This document shows positions 29,540 to 40,107 of a stretch of 64,000 bases of DNA, piece by piece. The translations under genes and the position numbers were made by a program. The notes below the pieces were generated by a model. The model ran no database searches, was not told the origin of the DNA, and saw nothing but the letters and a program-made list of their open reading frames with translations. The stretch is from Candidatus Poribacteria bacterium (GTDB taxonomy: Bacteria > Poribacteria > WGA-4E > WGA-3G). Positions within the stretch are counted from its first letter, which is position 1. Each line of letters opens with the position of its first letter. The DNA is taken from contig CBDBFU010000020.1 of assembly GCA_965205025.1 (NCBI GenBank), positions 302,072 to 366,071 on the forward strand, read 5' to 3'.

Positions 29540-30649
29540 ATGCTACCACGCATTGGGATAACTATGGGAGATGCTGCAGGCATTGGTCCAGAAGTTATCG
29601 TAAAAGCACTTTCAAATAGTCTTACATACCAAATCTGCCAACCAGTTGTTATTGGGAGTGCAGCCGTATTTCATGATGTGCATAGATTTCTATCTTCTAA
29701 AGGAATCTTAGCTGAACGTGGAAAAACACTTCCTAAAATAAATCCAATTCATTCATTGAAACAGTATAGCTCTGATTTTGGTAGGTTTGATATACTTGAT
29801 ATATGTACTTTGAGAACAGATGACTTTTCCTATGGTATGGTAAGTCCTCACACAGGGAAGGCATCTGTTGAGGTAATTGAAAAAGCCGTGGAACTTACAT
29901 TAAAGGGAGATTTGGATGGAATTACAACTGCACCAATCTGTAAGGCTGCAATTCAACAATCAGGTTCAACATTCCCCGGTCATACAGAGATGTTGACAAG
30001 TTTAACTCAATCCAAAAGAACCGTGATGATGTTAAAAACATGGGATATTACACAACAAGACGGGTATGGTTTGAATGAAGAAATAAAAAAAATGAAGAAT
30101 TCTTCAAGTATCTCATCTAATAGTATTGAGAACTTAACAATTACTTTCGTAACCAACCATATACCTGTTTCAGAAATAACGCACAATCTTACTATTGATA
30201 GGATTACAGATGTGATACAACTTACTTACGACACACTCATTCGAATAGGAATAGAAACTCCTCAAATAGTAGTTGCTGGCTTAAATCCACATTCTGGTGA
30301 AGAGAGTATTTTTGGTAAAGAGGAAGAGGAAATTATAATTCCTGCGATTCAACGAATGCAGACTGAAGGACTCGATGTTGTTGGACCGCTTCCTGCAGAT
30401 ACACTCTTTATGAGAGCAATTCGAGGTGAATGGGACGCAGTTGTAGCAATGTATCATGATCAAGGGAATATTCCCATTAAGATGATTGGCTTTGGAAATG
30501 TCGTTAATATCACCTTAGGATTACCTATCGTCAGAACAAGTGTTGATCATGGAACAGCGTTTGATATTGCTGGAAAAGGAGTAGCAAACGAAACCAGCCT
30601 AATTTCTGCTTTATCAGCTGCAGCGCACTTAGCTAAAATAGAAAAATGA
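29540..30649 (+). CDS. pdxA: 4-hydroxythreonine-4-phosphate dehydrogenase PdxA family
   Basis: ITMGDAAGIGPE, TAPI.K, GHTE, GLNPHSGE, AMYHDQG, RTSVDHGTAFDIAG. Confidence 0.93.
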   Translation: MLPRIGITMGDAAGIGPEVIVKALSNSLTYQICQPVVIGSAAVFHDVHRFLSSKGILAERGKTLPKINPIHSLKQYSSDFGRFDILDICTLRTDDFSYGMVSPHTGKASVEVIEKAVELTLKGDLDGITTAPICKAAIQQSGSTFPGHTEMLTSLTQSKRTVMMLKTWDITQQDGYGLNEEIKKMKNSSSISSNSIENLTITFVTNHIPVSEITHNLTIDRITDVIQLTYDTLIRIGIETPQIVVAGLNPHSGEESIFGKEEEEIIIPAIQRMQTEGLDVVGPLPADTLFMRAIRGEWDAVVAMYHDQGNIPIKMIGFGNVVNITLGLPIVRTSVDHGTAFDIAGKGVANETSLISALSAAAHLAKIEK

Positions 30650-33600
30650 AAGAAAAACTAAACCTATCTCTTATTATACTCTGTGTCATTTCATTGGTTA
30701 TACACACCGAATTTGGTAACAATGGGATGTGTGCCCCTAATTTTAATACATTACAGGGTCAGAATTCACAGACACAAGTAACGGATTTACTAAAAATAGT
30801 AAAGTCAGATCCCAGTTTTCTTATTTTACAGTTCCAACTTCCTGAATTGGAAATAAGAGAGGTACAGAAAAATGGTGAATCTTATACACATGTTTGGTTT
30901 GATGGTGCAGACTGGACTGTTGAGAATGGTAAACCGAAATTACCAATATATACTGTGCCTATTGGTCTTCCCTCATCAGGTCAAGCTTCAGCTACTTTGG
31001 TAGAAAAGAATAGTACTTTTAAGAAGATTAAAAATCCTCTTATCATACAACAAGTGATTGACCCATTAATTCCTGACACGCCACAAGACGAATCGTTGAC
31101 ATTAAGAGATGCAAATAGCAATCATCAAAAGACGACTAACTTATACCCCCATGAATTGGTTGAAGTTATCCCCGTGGGTTTCGTAAGAGCTCAAAAAGTA
31201 GGTGCACTGCATATCAATCCGGTTCAATTCAATAGTCGTACAAACCAATTAAGAATAACCGACGAAATTACTATTCGCATAGATTTCTATGGAACAAGTC
31301 CACCTGTTCCAAGAACATTATCTACTCAATTAAGTGATAGTATTGTATATGAGAATCTCTACCAATCTATGTTAGTTAATAACAGACAGGCATTCTCATG
31401 GCGATTAGGTCACAATCTGAGAATGCGATCTTCTCTTGGTGCTGCACCATCTGTTCCTAAAACACAGAGACGACGATTTAAAATGTCGATCACAAGAAGT
31501 GATATGTATCGTATCACCTATAACAACCTTAAATCTGTTGGAGTAGTACCAGAAGATATTGATTTGGACAGTATTTCTGTTGAAACAAATGGGAATCCAC
31601 AAGGATTCTATATATTTGATAAGAATGATAATGGTACAATCGATACTGAAGATATGGTAGTCTTTTATGCTCGTAGTTTAAGCAATAAATTCACCGATAC
31701 TAATGTCTATTGGTTCAGCTTCCTTCCTAAAGGAGTAAATGACGATGGAAATAAGACTGATTCTGATAAGTCTTATCGTGTTCCAACCAGAACTGTGGAA
31801 CCTGAAACCCGTAATGTCACACCACCTACTTCGTTTTTATCGAAACGACGTTATGAGAAGGATGTAATACATGATGTGCTAAATGGGGTAAACATAAAAT
31901 CAGAGTTGGCTGATCATTATTTTTGGACTGGTTTTAGAGGTAGAAACATACCTGAGAGCAGAAAGAACTTTCCAATTGATTTGATACAAGGAGTACCACG
32001 TGAGACTATTGAGCGGAATGCGACCATCCGGGTTAGACTGCAAGGTGCATCATATAAAGGAGCAGCACTCCATAGGGCAAAGATACAAATCAATGGAAAA
32101 GAACTTGGGGATTTTGAAGAATGGAGACGACAAGATGCAGTTACAGCCACACGTGATATATCTCAGAAGTTTGTTCACCATAATCATACGAATACACTGA
32201 GAATTGATTCATCGGATAAGAACGGCACACCTGCTGGTTCTCATGACTTCTATCTGGATTGGTATGAGATTCAATATTGGCGTAATTTCAATGCTGAATT
32301 GGATAGGCTTGAATTTAACTCAAGAACAGAGCCTTTCATTGAAGGTGTAATTCACTTCAGAGTAGGAAACCTTTCCTCAGATAATATAGACCTATATAAA
32401 CTGAATCAGGATGGTATATCTGAAAAGCTGATTGATGGAAATGTTTCACGTGCTGGCGGAAAATATAGGATACTTTTCCAGGATGAAGTTACAGGATATA
32501 CAAGCTATTTTGCGATCTCAAATAATTCGTATGGTAGTATCGGCAAACTTATTGAAGTTCCCCATAGCACATTGCGCAATCCAACAAACCAATCGGATTA
32601 TATTATAATTACACATAAGACATTCTTGGATAGTATCAAACCCTTAGTTGAATTTAGGAGTAAACAAGGTTTGTCAGTAAAAGTTGTGGATATTGATGAA
32701 ATCTACGATGAGTTTAGTGCTGGTCTGTTTTTACCAGTTGCTATTCAGAGATTCTTGAAATACGCCTATGAAACCTGGAAGAAACCTGCTCCTACCTATG
32801 TGCTTCTTGTTGGAGATGCACATTATGATTACAAAGGTGTCATCGTCCAACGATATCTCAACGACCCAAACTATCATGGGAATTATAATCTATATCCGAT
32901 TTTTGTACCTACTTATCATGCTTGGGCACCAGCAAGTGGTGAAACTGCGATGGACCAAAGGTTTGTTAACATAAGTGGTGACGATGCGCTTCCTGATATG
33001 TTAATTGGAAGATTATCTGTTCAAACAACGAAAGATCTCGATGGAATGATAAAAAAGATTATAGACTATGAAGATAATCCTAAAATTGGTCCGTGGCAAG
33101 CGACAATTGTACAGGTCGCGGATGACAACCTTGATAATCCATCTGATGAAATCTTTGAGACCTCCCGTGATCATCTTATCGAAGAGATAATTCCGTTTGC
33201 TTATCATACAAAACAGATATATTTACGAAAAATACGAAGTCCTGAAAAAACTAAATCTTTTATCCTTGATGCAATTGACGAAGGTACGGTCATATTAGAA
33301 TATGCGGGACATGGCGGAATCCATACCTGGGCAGATGAGTCAATCCTACATATTAAGGATACTGTTAATTTACGGAATAAGTATCTCCCATTCATAATTA
33401 CAACCACCTGTCTGAATGGAGAATTTGATAAACCGCAACAATTTGGTTCACATTCACTCAGCGAACAATTCCTATTAGGCAAATATGGTGCCATCGGAAC
33501 GCTTTCAGCTACACGTTTGACATACGCTGAAGCCAATAGACAGTTTGACCGTGATCTGTTTATATCCATGTTTCAAAGAACACCTCTCAATACAAAAGAT

Positions 33601-36600
33601 GGGGGACAGTTAAAGATACCAGAGAATCCTACTCTTGGGAAAATAATAACTGATGCCAAAATCAATTTCATTACCCGTACTCGTAATCCACAATGGATTC
33701 TTGGGGCGGAACAGTATACTCTATTCGGTGATCCAGCCACACGACTTGCACTTCCAAAGCTTGATATTCGTGTAGAATTAGATGATCTTGTCCTAAATGA
33801 CAGTAAGAAAATCGTCATTAAGAATAATGATGTAGGTAGATTTGATACTGAGAATACTTGGTGGAGGATAGAAGACTTTAGTACAGAGAATTTATTTGCA
33901 ACAGCTATTTTCCACAATCATTTTGACGATATCCAAGGTAATGAGATTACCCAACAAACCAAGAACAGAGTATGGAAAGGGGAATATGGAACAATTCGTA
34001 TAAACATTCCAAAAGCTGCAATTCCTGGAAGAGGTGTCGTCCAACTACTCGCCTATGATGACACCCGTATGGCAATCGGTGGAGCAGAATATTGGGTAAA
34101 AACACCTATTATCTCCAAGATCGTTGAAGATGTAGATGCTACAGATACACATACACTTTCTCTCCATGCCCTTATTGTAGATGATGTTCCTGATGGAAAA
34201 GGTATAAACAATATCTATGTAGTTTGGGATGACACTGTAGAGTATATAGATAGGACAATAGTCATGGTAAGGACTAATCCACCAGCAGGTCATGAAACCC
34301 CAATCGGTGGTCAATGGTATAAACTCCAAACTAATATTCCCTTGCCACACGGTGGAAAGACGATCCGATACAATATTAGAGTAACTGACAATACTGGTTT
34401 AGTTGTTAAGCATCCAGACAATTATACAAAAAATTCTGTAAATATACCAGAAGGACCAGACATAAGTATCGGCACAGACGGATCAAGTATCCCGCCGATC
34501 AGGTATACTTTCGATGATGAAGCAGGAAAATATGTACTAATTGCAGAACTTCTAAACACTGGTGGAAGAACAGTTAATTTAGATATAGATTTAGTATTTG
34601 CCGAAGGTAATCCTGACAAAGAGAATGATATGATTGTAGATCCAGATGCGAAAATAATTGGTACAGTAACAGTCACCCGAAATGATTGGGAGGATGCTGA
34701 AACAGCACTTCAACATGCCGTTGTAAAACTGTATTTAGATAAGAATCTTGCGACTGGTTTACATAAAGTTTATGCTTTAGCTGATCCAGAGACGGATTCT
34801 GAACCCGTACCAGTCATGACTAATGATGATCCTGATCAGGATGAAAATAAAAAGCATTATAAAGGTAACATTGCAGAAAAGAATGATTATGACAATAAGA
34901 ATTCTGTTTCCTTTATAGTGAATGAGTTCTTTTATGAACCTAATAAACCTTTATCTGCATTTAGTTTGGATAGAGTTTTTGATCTTGATATACCTGCTTC
35001 AGTCGGAAAGTTTGATAGTGATCGTATCGCTCTATCGGTTTCCTCCAGTGCACCGTATACACTAACGCAACCTGAAATGAAATTCGCACCTATTCCACGA
35101 GTTGCGGCACTCCGTCGTGGTTTACTGCGTACTGGTGAGGATCGTTCACAACAGTATGAAGTTTCATTTCGTGCTTCAGATGTAAAATTGGTTAAACCTA
35201 TTACCCTGAAATTGCGATTTGATATTAGTGGTATAGAGGATGTCGTACGGGAAAATACACCTTGGAAAGAAGGAAGTAAGTTCTACAATGAAGCCTTGAT
35301 TCAAGAAGCAGAAAAACTTGGGATTTATTCATGGCAGCCAACCTATGAAAAGTGGAAACGACTCCCATCACAAGTCAGTTATGTCTCAGGTACAAATGAA
35401 CCTGATCCTGAGGATGAAGGTCCGTTGTTTAAGCTTGACAGTTATATCACTCCTGTCCAAACAGAAAACGCGAATATACAACCTCTTCTGCATGAAAATA
35501 TAAAAATAAGTTCAGATCTTACACCAGCGGCAACCTGGGTAATAATGTTCTTGGATTCTAACCAATTCGAAGTATATCGAAAAAATAAACATCTAATTCT
35601 TGTTCATAAATTGGAAAAAATTGGCTATCTTGACATACCATATCGTGAGGAAACTTATGGAATTGAGTTTCTGATTCCAAGAAAGTGGGAGGTGACTCCG
35701 GATCTGGATGTGAACTCCACTATCGTTCCTTTTGAATTTGGTGATATCCTCATTTTTGAAACAGATAATTCGGGAGAAGGTGGTGTAATACTAAAGGAAA
35801 CTCGTAATAAGAACGTTGGTAATGGCAGTGCTGTTATATCTCCACGACTCAGTCCAAAAGAAGAATTCGTTGTTGGGGATTGGTTTCTGTTTTTCACTTC
35901 ACGTGAATATTATGAGATTCGCGACAATACGGGTTCACCAATCATCTTACCCAGTGACAAGAAAGCAGAAGGGAGAATAAATGAGACTTTATATCTTAGT
36001 CATCTTGGTATGGAAATAAATGTCACATCCAGTTCTGTTCCTTTTACTTTTGGAGATAAAATAAAATTCAGTAGTGCTCAAGTCGGAACGATTACAGCGG
36101 AAACTACAGAACTCAACCCATTTACACTTATTAGTAGTGAAGACAATTCTGCACCTAAATTTAATCTTTGGGTTGATGGTCTTGAAGCACAGGTCGGTAG
36201 TGTCATTGCACCACGTCCTCTTATCTCAATTTTACTTGAAGATGTAAGTGGAATAGATATTGATAGATTAGTTATTCGAAAAGGAGATAATGGGAAACCA
36301 CTTAAGCCAATTACTGATTATAAAATAAGAAATCCAAATAACGTTCACACTGTACCAATAGATTATAAACCTATTTTGTTCCCTGGAGAATATTCTTTTG
36401 AGATCGAGGCTTACGACTATAACGGAATTCCGATTGGTGGGGAAGAAGGAAAAGTTGTAACACGGTACACTGTTGTAGATATGCCAGATATTGAACCACC
36501 AGCTATAGAAGTCCTTGTAAACGACGAATTACTTACAGTTAAGGAAGTGTCACAGGATTCAATTACGAATGGAAACATTGAGGATAACATCCATATAACC

Positions 36601-37173
36601 CAACAACCCAACTGTAAAATACAAGTAACAGACGATATTGCTCTTGACGATACACTCTTAAGTATCAGTTTTAATAGGGTTACATTGGATGAAACAACAC
36701 GTCGTTATCGTGAATTTGATAGTGCCACTTGGGTATTTGATGAGGAAATCCCCGATAAAGCGGACTTCAGTTTTGCACCAGATTTAGAAAATGGTACATA
36801 CAGACTTCATGTGTCTGCTACTGATACAAGCGAAAATACAACAGAAATTGAGACGTTCTTCACACTTGATGAGGCAGTTACGTTAAGTGAAGTATTTAAT
36901 GTACCCAATCCTATAGAGAAAGGAAAAACTTTCTTTACCTATCAGTTGGCACAACCCTCTGATGCTGTGACAATCAAAATATATACTGTTAATGGTAGAC
37001 TGATCCGTACTATTGAAGATGGAAGTGCATTACGGGGGGCAAATGAGACATTTTGGGATGTAAGAGATGAGATAGGAATTAAATGTGCTAACGGTGTATA
37101 CTTATACAGGGTGATTGCACACACTGGTGATGAGAAAGTAGAAAAAATAGGAAAACTTGCAATCTTACGTTAG
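30646..37173 (+). CDS. Large C25-family (gingipain/PorU-like) cysteine peptidase with propeptide, Ig-like domains and FlgD-like CTD
   Basis: Propeptide_C25-like N-terminus; DYIIITH, IYDEFS.G, YVLLVGDA.YD, IGRL, YAGHGG (His 33310), ITTTCLNGEFD (Cys 33409), YTLFGDPA; C-terminal VFNVPNP...ANGVYLYRV...GKLAILR; ATGA overlap with pdxA. Confidence 0.88.
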   Translation: MKEKLNLSLIILCVISLVIHTEFGNNGMCAPNFNTLQGQNSQTQVTDLLKIVKSDPSFLILQFQLPELEIREVQKNGESYTHVWFDGADWTVENGKPKLPIYTVPIGLPSSGQASATLVEKNSTFKKIKNPLIIQQVIDPLIPDTPQDESLTLRDANSNHQKTTNLYPHELVEVIPVGFVRAQKVGALHINPVQFNSRTNQLRITDEITIRIDFYGTSPPVPRTLSTQLSDSIVYENLYQSMLVNNRQAFSWRLGHNLRMRSSLGAAPSVPKTQRRRFKMSITRSDMYRITYNNLKSVGVVPEDIDLDSISVETNGNPQGFYIFDKNDNGTIDTEDMVVFYARSLSNKFTDTNVYWFSFLPKGVNDDGNKTDSDKSYRVPTRTVEPETRNVTPPTSFLSKRRYEKDVIHDVLNGVNIKSELADHYFWTGFRGRNIPESRKNFPIDLIQGVPRETIERNATIRVRLQGASYKGAALHRAKIQINGKELGDFEEWRRQDAVTATRDISQKFVHHNHTNTLRIDSSDKNGTPAGSHDFYLDWYEIQYWRNFNAELDRLEFNSRTEPFIEGVIHFRVGNLSSDNIDLYKLNQDGISEKLIDGNVSRAGGKYRILFQDEVTGYTSYFAISNNSYGSIGKLIEVPHSTLRNPTNQSDYIIITHKTFLDSIKPLVEFRSKQGLSVKVVDIDEIYDEFSAGLFLPVAIQRFLKYAYETWKKPAPTYVLLVGDAHYDYKGVIVQRYLNDPNYHGNYNLYPIFVPTYHAWAPASGETAMDQRFVNISGDDALPDMLIGRLSVQTTKDLDGMIKKIIDYEDNPKIGPWQATIVQVADDNLDNPSDEIFETSRDHLIEEIIPFAYHTKQIYLRKIRSPEKTKSFILDAIDEGTVILEYAGHGGIHTWADESILHIKDTVNLRNKYLPFIITTTCLNGEFDKPQQFGSHSLSEQFLLGKYGAIGTLSATRLTYAEANRQFDRDLFISMFQRTPLNTKDGGQLKIPENPTLGKIITDAKINFITRTRNPQWILGAEQYTLFGDPATRLALPKLDIRVELDDLVLNDSKKIVIKNNDVGRFDTENTWWRIEDFSTENLFATAIFHNHFDDIQGNEITQQTKNRVWKGEYGTIRINIPKAAIPGRGVVQLLAYDDTRMAIGGAEYWVKTPIISKIVEDVDATDTHTLSLHALIVDDVPDGKGINNIYVVWDDTVEYIDRTIVMVRTNPPAGHETPIGGQWYKLQTNIPLPHGGKTIRYNIRVTDNTGLVVKHPDNYTKNSVNIPEGPDISIGTDGSSIPPIRYTFDDEAGKYVLIAELLNTGGRTVNLDIDLVFAEGNPDKENDMIVDPDAKIIGTVTVTRNDWEDAETALQHAVVKLYLDKNLATGLHKVYALADPETDSEPVPVMTNDDPDQDENKKHYKGNIAEKNDYDNKNSVSFIVNEFFYEPNKPLSAFSLDRVFDLDIPASVGKFDSDRIALSVSSSAPYTLTQPEMKFAPIPRVAALRRGLLRTGEDRSQQYEVSFRASDVKLVKPITLKLRFDISGIEDVVRENTPWKEGSKFYNEALIQEAEKLGIYSWQPTYEKWKRLPSQVSYVSGTNEPDPEDEGPLFKLDSYITPVQTENANIQPLLHENIKISSDLTPAATWVIMFLDSNQFEVYRKNKHLILVHKLEKIGYLDIPYREETYGIEFLIPRKWEVTPDLDVNSTIVPFEFGDILIFETDNSGEGGVILKETRNKNVGNGSAVISPRLSPKEEFVVGDWFLFFTSREYYEIRDNTGSPIILPSDKKAEGRINETLYLSHLGMEINVTSSSVPFTFGDKIKFSSAQVGTITAETTELNPFTLISSEDNSAPKFNLWVDGLEAQVGSVIAPRPLISILLEDVSGIDIDRLVIRKGDNGKPLKPITDYKIRNPNNVHTVPIDYKPILFPGEYSFEIEAYDYNGIPIGGEEGKVVTRYTVVDMPDIEPPAIEVLVNDELLTVKEVSQDSITNGNIEDNIHITQQPNCKIQVTDDIALDDTLLSISFNRVTLDETTRRYREFDSATWVFDEEIPDKADFSFAPDLENGTYRLHVSATDTSENTTEIETFFTLDEAVTLSEVFNVPNPIEKGKTFFTYQLAQPSDAVTIKIYTVNGRLIRTIEDGSALRGANETFWDVRDEIGIKCANGVYLYRVIAHTGDEKVEKIGKLAILR

Positions 37174-37196
37174 AATAATCATTCTTATTGAATAAC

Positions 37197-37526
37197 TCAT
37201 TGCATAGGTGAATAATCTGTCGGTTCAAGGATTTTACTACTTGCCACATTAACTAATGGTCCGCCAACTTCCGTAAGTCGTTTTGCTTTTTGCCACTCCG
37301 GATCAGCTATAAAGGCATCCCATGCCCGTTGATAATGCCCCATATCATCAAAAGCAAGTAGATAAACCAATTCTGTTGTGGTTGCTTCTCCAATAGCAGT
37401 TTCCCAGAAACCGATTACCTTCATACCATGTTTTTCAAACAGTGGTAGTGTAATATTTGCAAACCTGTCATTCAGATTCTTCATCTTACCCGGGACAACT
37501 TGGTACGTTCGTAATTCATAAATCAT
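37197..37526 (-). CDS. NIPSNAP family protein
   Basis: IYELRTY...PGKM; F.KHGMKVIGFW; W..F..DPEW; L.PTDYSPMQ. Confidence 0.9.
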   Translation of the reverse strand: MIYELRTYQVVPGKMKNLNDRFANITLPLFEKHGMKVIGFWETAIGEATTTELVYLLAFDDMGHYQRAWDAFIADPEWQKAKRLTEVGGPLVNVASSKILEPTDYSPMQ

Positions 37527-37545
37527 ATAGTTCTCCTATCATATA

Positions 37546-37566
37546 TGCGGTTAGAAACCGTACTAC
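37546..37566 (-). repeat. Solo GTAG-REP-like hairpin overlapping the RraA-family stop codon
   Basis: Minus strand GTAG-TACGGTTTCTAACCGCA, the same family as the hairpin inside MITE B; its TAG is the stop codon. Confidence 0.5.
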
Positions 37567-38267
37567 AAGATACCGAATTCATCGTATACTTGTCTTAGAG
37601 TAGCACCCTCTAATAATGCTTCGCGCGTTCTGTTTTCACCACTTACCTTCTCTAAGGCAGCTTCAATAACCTGTTTTTCAACTGATTGTGGTATTACAAC
37701 TATACCATCAGCATCTCCAAAAACAATATCGCCAGGATTAACAGTAACCCCACCACATTCAATTGCCACATTATAGGCAACCACTTCACCACGTCCATTG
37801 GAATCAACCGGGGAAATGCCAGTTGTGAATACGGGAAACCCCATCTCCATAATAGCACGGACATCCCGAATGAAACCTTCAATGATAGCCCCACGTGCCC
37901 CACGGGCGCGAGCTGCCGTTGAGAGAAGTTCACCCCAAAAGCAAATTCGAGTGCTTTCATTCGTTGAACAGATTAGTACATCATTCTGTTTTAGACTATC
38001 TACGGCAGCGATTTCTTCTTGATAGGGGTGTTCTGGTATTTCGAAGGTTTCCAAACACAACACCGGTAATGCTCTACCCACAACCACTGTTGTTGGAAGG
38101 AGCGGTCGTATCTTATGACTGAGTGCCTGATTGCGAAACCCGTGTGCATCTAAGGCATCTGAAACAACTGCGACATATAACTCTTCTGACATCATGTCAA
38201 AGAGTTCTGTATCGTCTTCCCATTCTCTTTTCTCATCAGTATCCATAGTTTTTCCTAAGAGAATCAA
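37563..38267 (-). CDS. RraA family / HMG aldolase-like protein
   Basis: VSDALD, WGELLS.AA.ARG..G, G..RD, V.PGD.VFGD.DG.VVIP. Start is probably MDTDEK. Confidence 0.9.
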   Translation of the reverse strand: MILLGKTMDTDEKREWEDDTELFDMMSEELYVAVVSDALDAHGFRNQALSHKIRPLLPTTVVVGRALPVLCLETFEIPEHPYQEEIAAVDSLKQNDVLICSTNESTRICFWGELLSTAARARGARGAIIEGFIRDVRAIMEMGFPVFTTGISPVDSNGRGEVVAYNVAIECGGVTVNPGDIVFGDADGIVVIPQSVEKQVIEAALEKVSGENRTREALLEGATLRQVYDEFGIL

Positions 38268-38791
38268 TAATTCTCGTAGCCAACTTCCTTAAGTCGTGCT
38301 GCTTTCTCTGCTACACCATCACTCATTTTTTTCTTATAGGCTTGCAGTTTTTCATCTAATTCAGGAAATGCAAGAGCCAAAAGTTGTACAGCATATATCC
38401 CTGCGTTCCTTGCTCCACCTGAACCTATTGCCATAGTTCCAACTGGAATTCCGGGTGGCATCTGAACTGTGGCATAAAGCGCATCAACACCATTTAGTGG
38501 TCCCCCATCAATTGGAACCCCAATAACAGGCAATGTAGTATGTGCTGCTATTACACCAGCCAAGTGAGCTGCGCGACCAGCACCAGCAATGATAACCTTT
38601 CCACCTTCATCTTTAATTTTCTCAGTCCAAGCCATTGTCCGTTCAGGAGAACGATGTGCAGAAGAAACCGTTATCTCAAACGGTACTTCAAATTCCTCTA
38701 ATACCTTTGCGGCTTCAGACATTTTTTCTAAATCGGAATCACTTCCCATGACTATACCAACAAGTGGTGTTTTCTGTTCTGTAACTGACAT
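38264..38791 (-). CDS. purE: N5-CAIR mutase
   Basis: VMGSDSD, SAHRSP, AGAG.AAHL.G, VQMPPGIPV. Confidence 0.97.
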   Translation of the reverse strand: MSVTEQKTPLVGIVMGSDSDLEKMSEAAKVLEEFEVPFEITVSSAHRSPERTMAWTEKIKDEGGKVIIAGAGRAAHLAGVIAAHTTLPVIGVPIDGGPLNGVDALYATVQMPPGIPVGTMAIGSGGARNAGIYAVQLLALAFPELDEKLQAYKKKMSDGVAEKAARLKEVGYENY

Positions 38792-38884
38792 ATCTGTTCT
38801 ATACCTCTAATGATTAGTGTAAAACATCGATTAAATGTTAAATTCGGTAGTATAACCGTGAGGAATTCTCGTTACAAAATTACC

Positions 38885-39724
38885 TTACGGATAAATTATA
38901 TGTGTATTTCTTTCAATAATCAGTGGTTCTGTTCCCCCAGCGGGGAAGTTGGATGCCCATTCCTGTGGATCATAATCTCTTTTGACAAAGCATGCTCGAT
39001 GAACTGGTACAGCATGTTTTAATCCTATACGCGTTGCCATTTTCACACATCCATCAAAGAACGGAAACTCACCTTCTGAAGGATGATTTGTGAGGAATCC
39101 TATCTCAGGTTTAAGTGCTGCAACGGGTGAGACTAAGTCGTCATGATCTGCAAAGTTGTTGATAGGATCACCACTGACATATACTTTCACCCCATCTATG
39201 ACTAATACATACCCTAAATGGGTGACATCAGGAGGACCAATACCCGCTGCTGGATCACCTGTAGGTGGTTTTGCGTATACAGCATGTACTGTAATATCAT
39301 TCATTTTGGTGGATTCTCCAGCAGAGATCGTTGCTACATTCTCAGAATCAACATCCGTATCAGAAGCAATTTGGTTAACACTCTCTTCAGGACCAATAAA
39401 TTGAGTCTCTGATGATGTATCCCATATCCGTATTATTGATTCTGGACAGGTATGATCACCGTGTGCATGCGTTAATAACACAAAATCGGTTGGTAAATCT
39501 GATTCATTAAGTGGGGAATTTGTATGTATGAAGTTGTCAGATGGACGATTCAGAGGAAAATAAGGATCTATCAATACAATTGTCCCATTTGAATCTTTTA
39601 AACCGAAACTGCTCTGTTCAAACCAATGTATGGCTACCGAACCTTCTGATACTTCTAAGTTAACGAATGGATGCATATTTTTCCTTTCTATTGATTTAAT
39701 AGATGTAATTTCTTTCTTCGACAA
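38885..39724 (-). CDS. MBL-fold metallo-hydrolase (UlaG-like)
   Basis: IDPY, THAHGDH, HLGYV, SGD, PVH. Start is probably MHPF (39676). Confidence 0.85.
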   Translation of the reverse strand: MSKKEITSIKSIERKNMHPFVNLEVSEGSVAIHWFEQSSFGLKDSNGTIVLIDPYFPLNRPSDNFIHTNSPLNESDLPTDFVLLTHAHGDHTCPESIIRIWDTSSETQFIGPEESVNQIASDTDVDSENVATISAGESTKMNDITVHAVYAKPPTGDPAAGIGPPDVTHLGYVLVIDGVKVYVSGDPINNFADHDDLVSPVAALKPEIGFLTNHPSEGEFPFFDGCVKMATRIGLKHAVPVHRACFVKRDYDPQEWASNFPAGGTEPLIIERNTHIIYP

Positions 39725-40092
39725 TAAAGATAAACCCCTAATACACCAGCAATTGCACCAAATACATCAGAAACCCAATCTGAAATCGTAGCGAATCTAC
39801 CTGGAACAAAAGCTTGGTGTATTTCATCACTTGCCCCGTAAAGTATGGATATAATTGCTGCAGTCACCCAAATCCATTTCTTAGGGAATCCTTGAGGTGG
39901 TGCTTTAAGGAATGCAATTGTGAGTAAAATACTTAGTATAGCATATTCTATGAAATGGTAGAATTTGTCAATACTCAACCACTCAAATTTTGGTGTTGGA
40001 AGTGGGGGTTGTTTCATAGAGGAAACAACAAAAATCAGTGCCATGTAAAGTAATGGTGGCAACCAGAATTTTATGATTTTCATGGCAAACAT
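39688..40092 (-). CDS. VanZ family membrane protein
   Basis: IF..SS; DK..HF.EY..L; YGASDEIHQ.FVPGR.....DW..D..G. Confidence 0.9.
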   Translation of the reverse strand: MFAMKIIKFWLPPLLYMALIFVVSSMKQPPLPTPKFEWLSIDKFYHFIEYAILSILLTIAFLKAPPQGFPKKWIWVTAAIISILYGASDEIHQAFVPGRFATISDWVSDVFGAIAGVLGVYLYCRRKKLHLLNQ

Positions 40093-40107
40093 GACTAAGA
40101 TACGATG

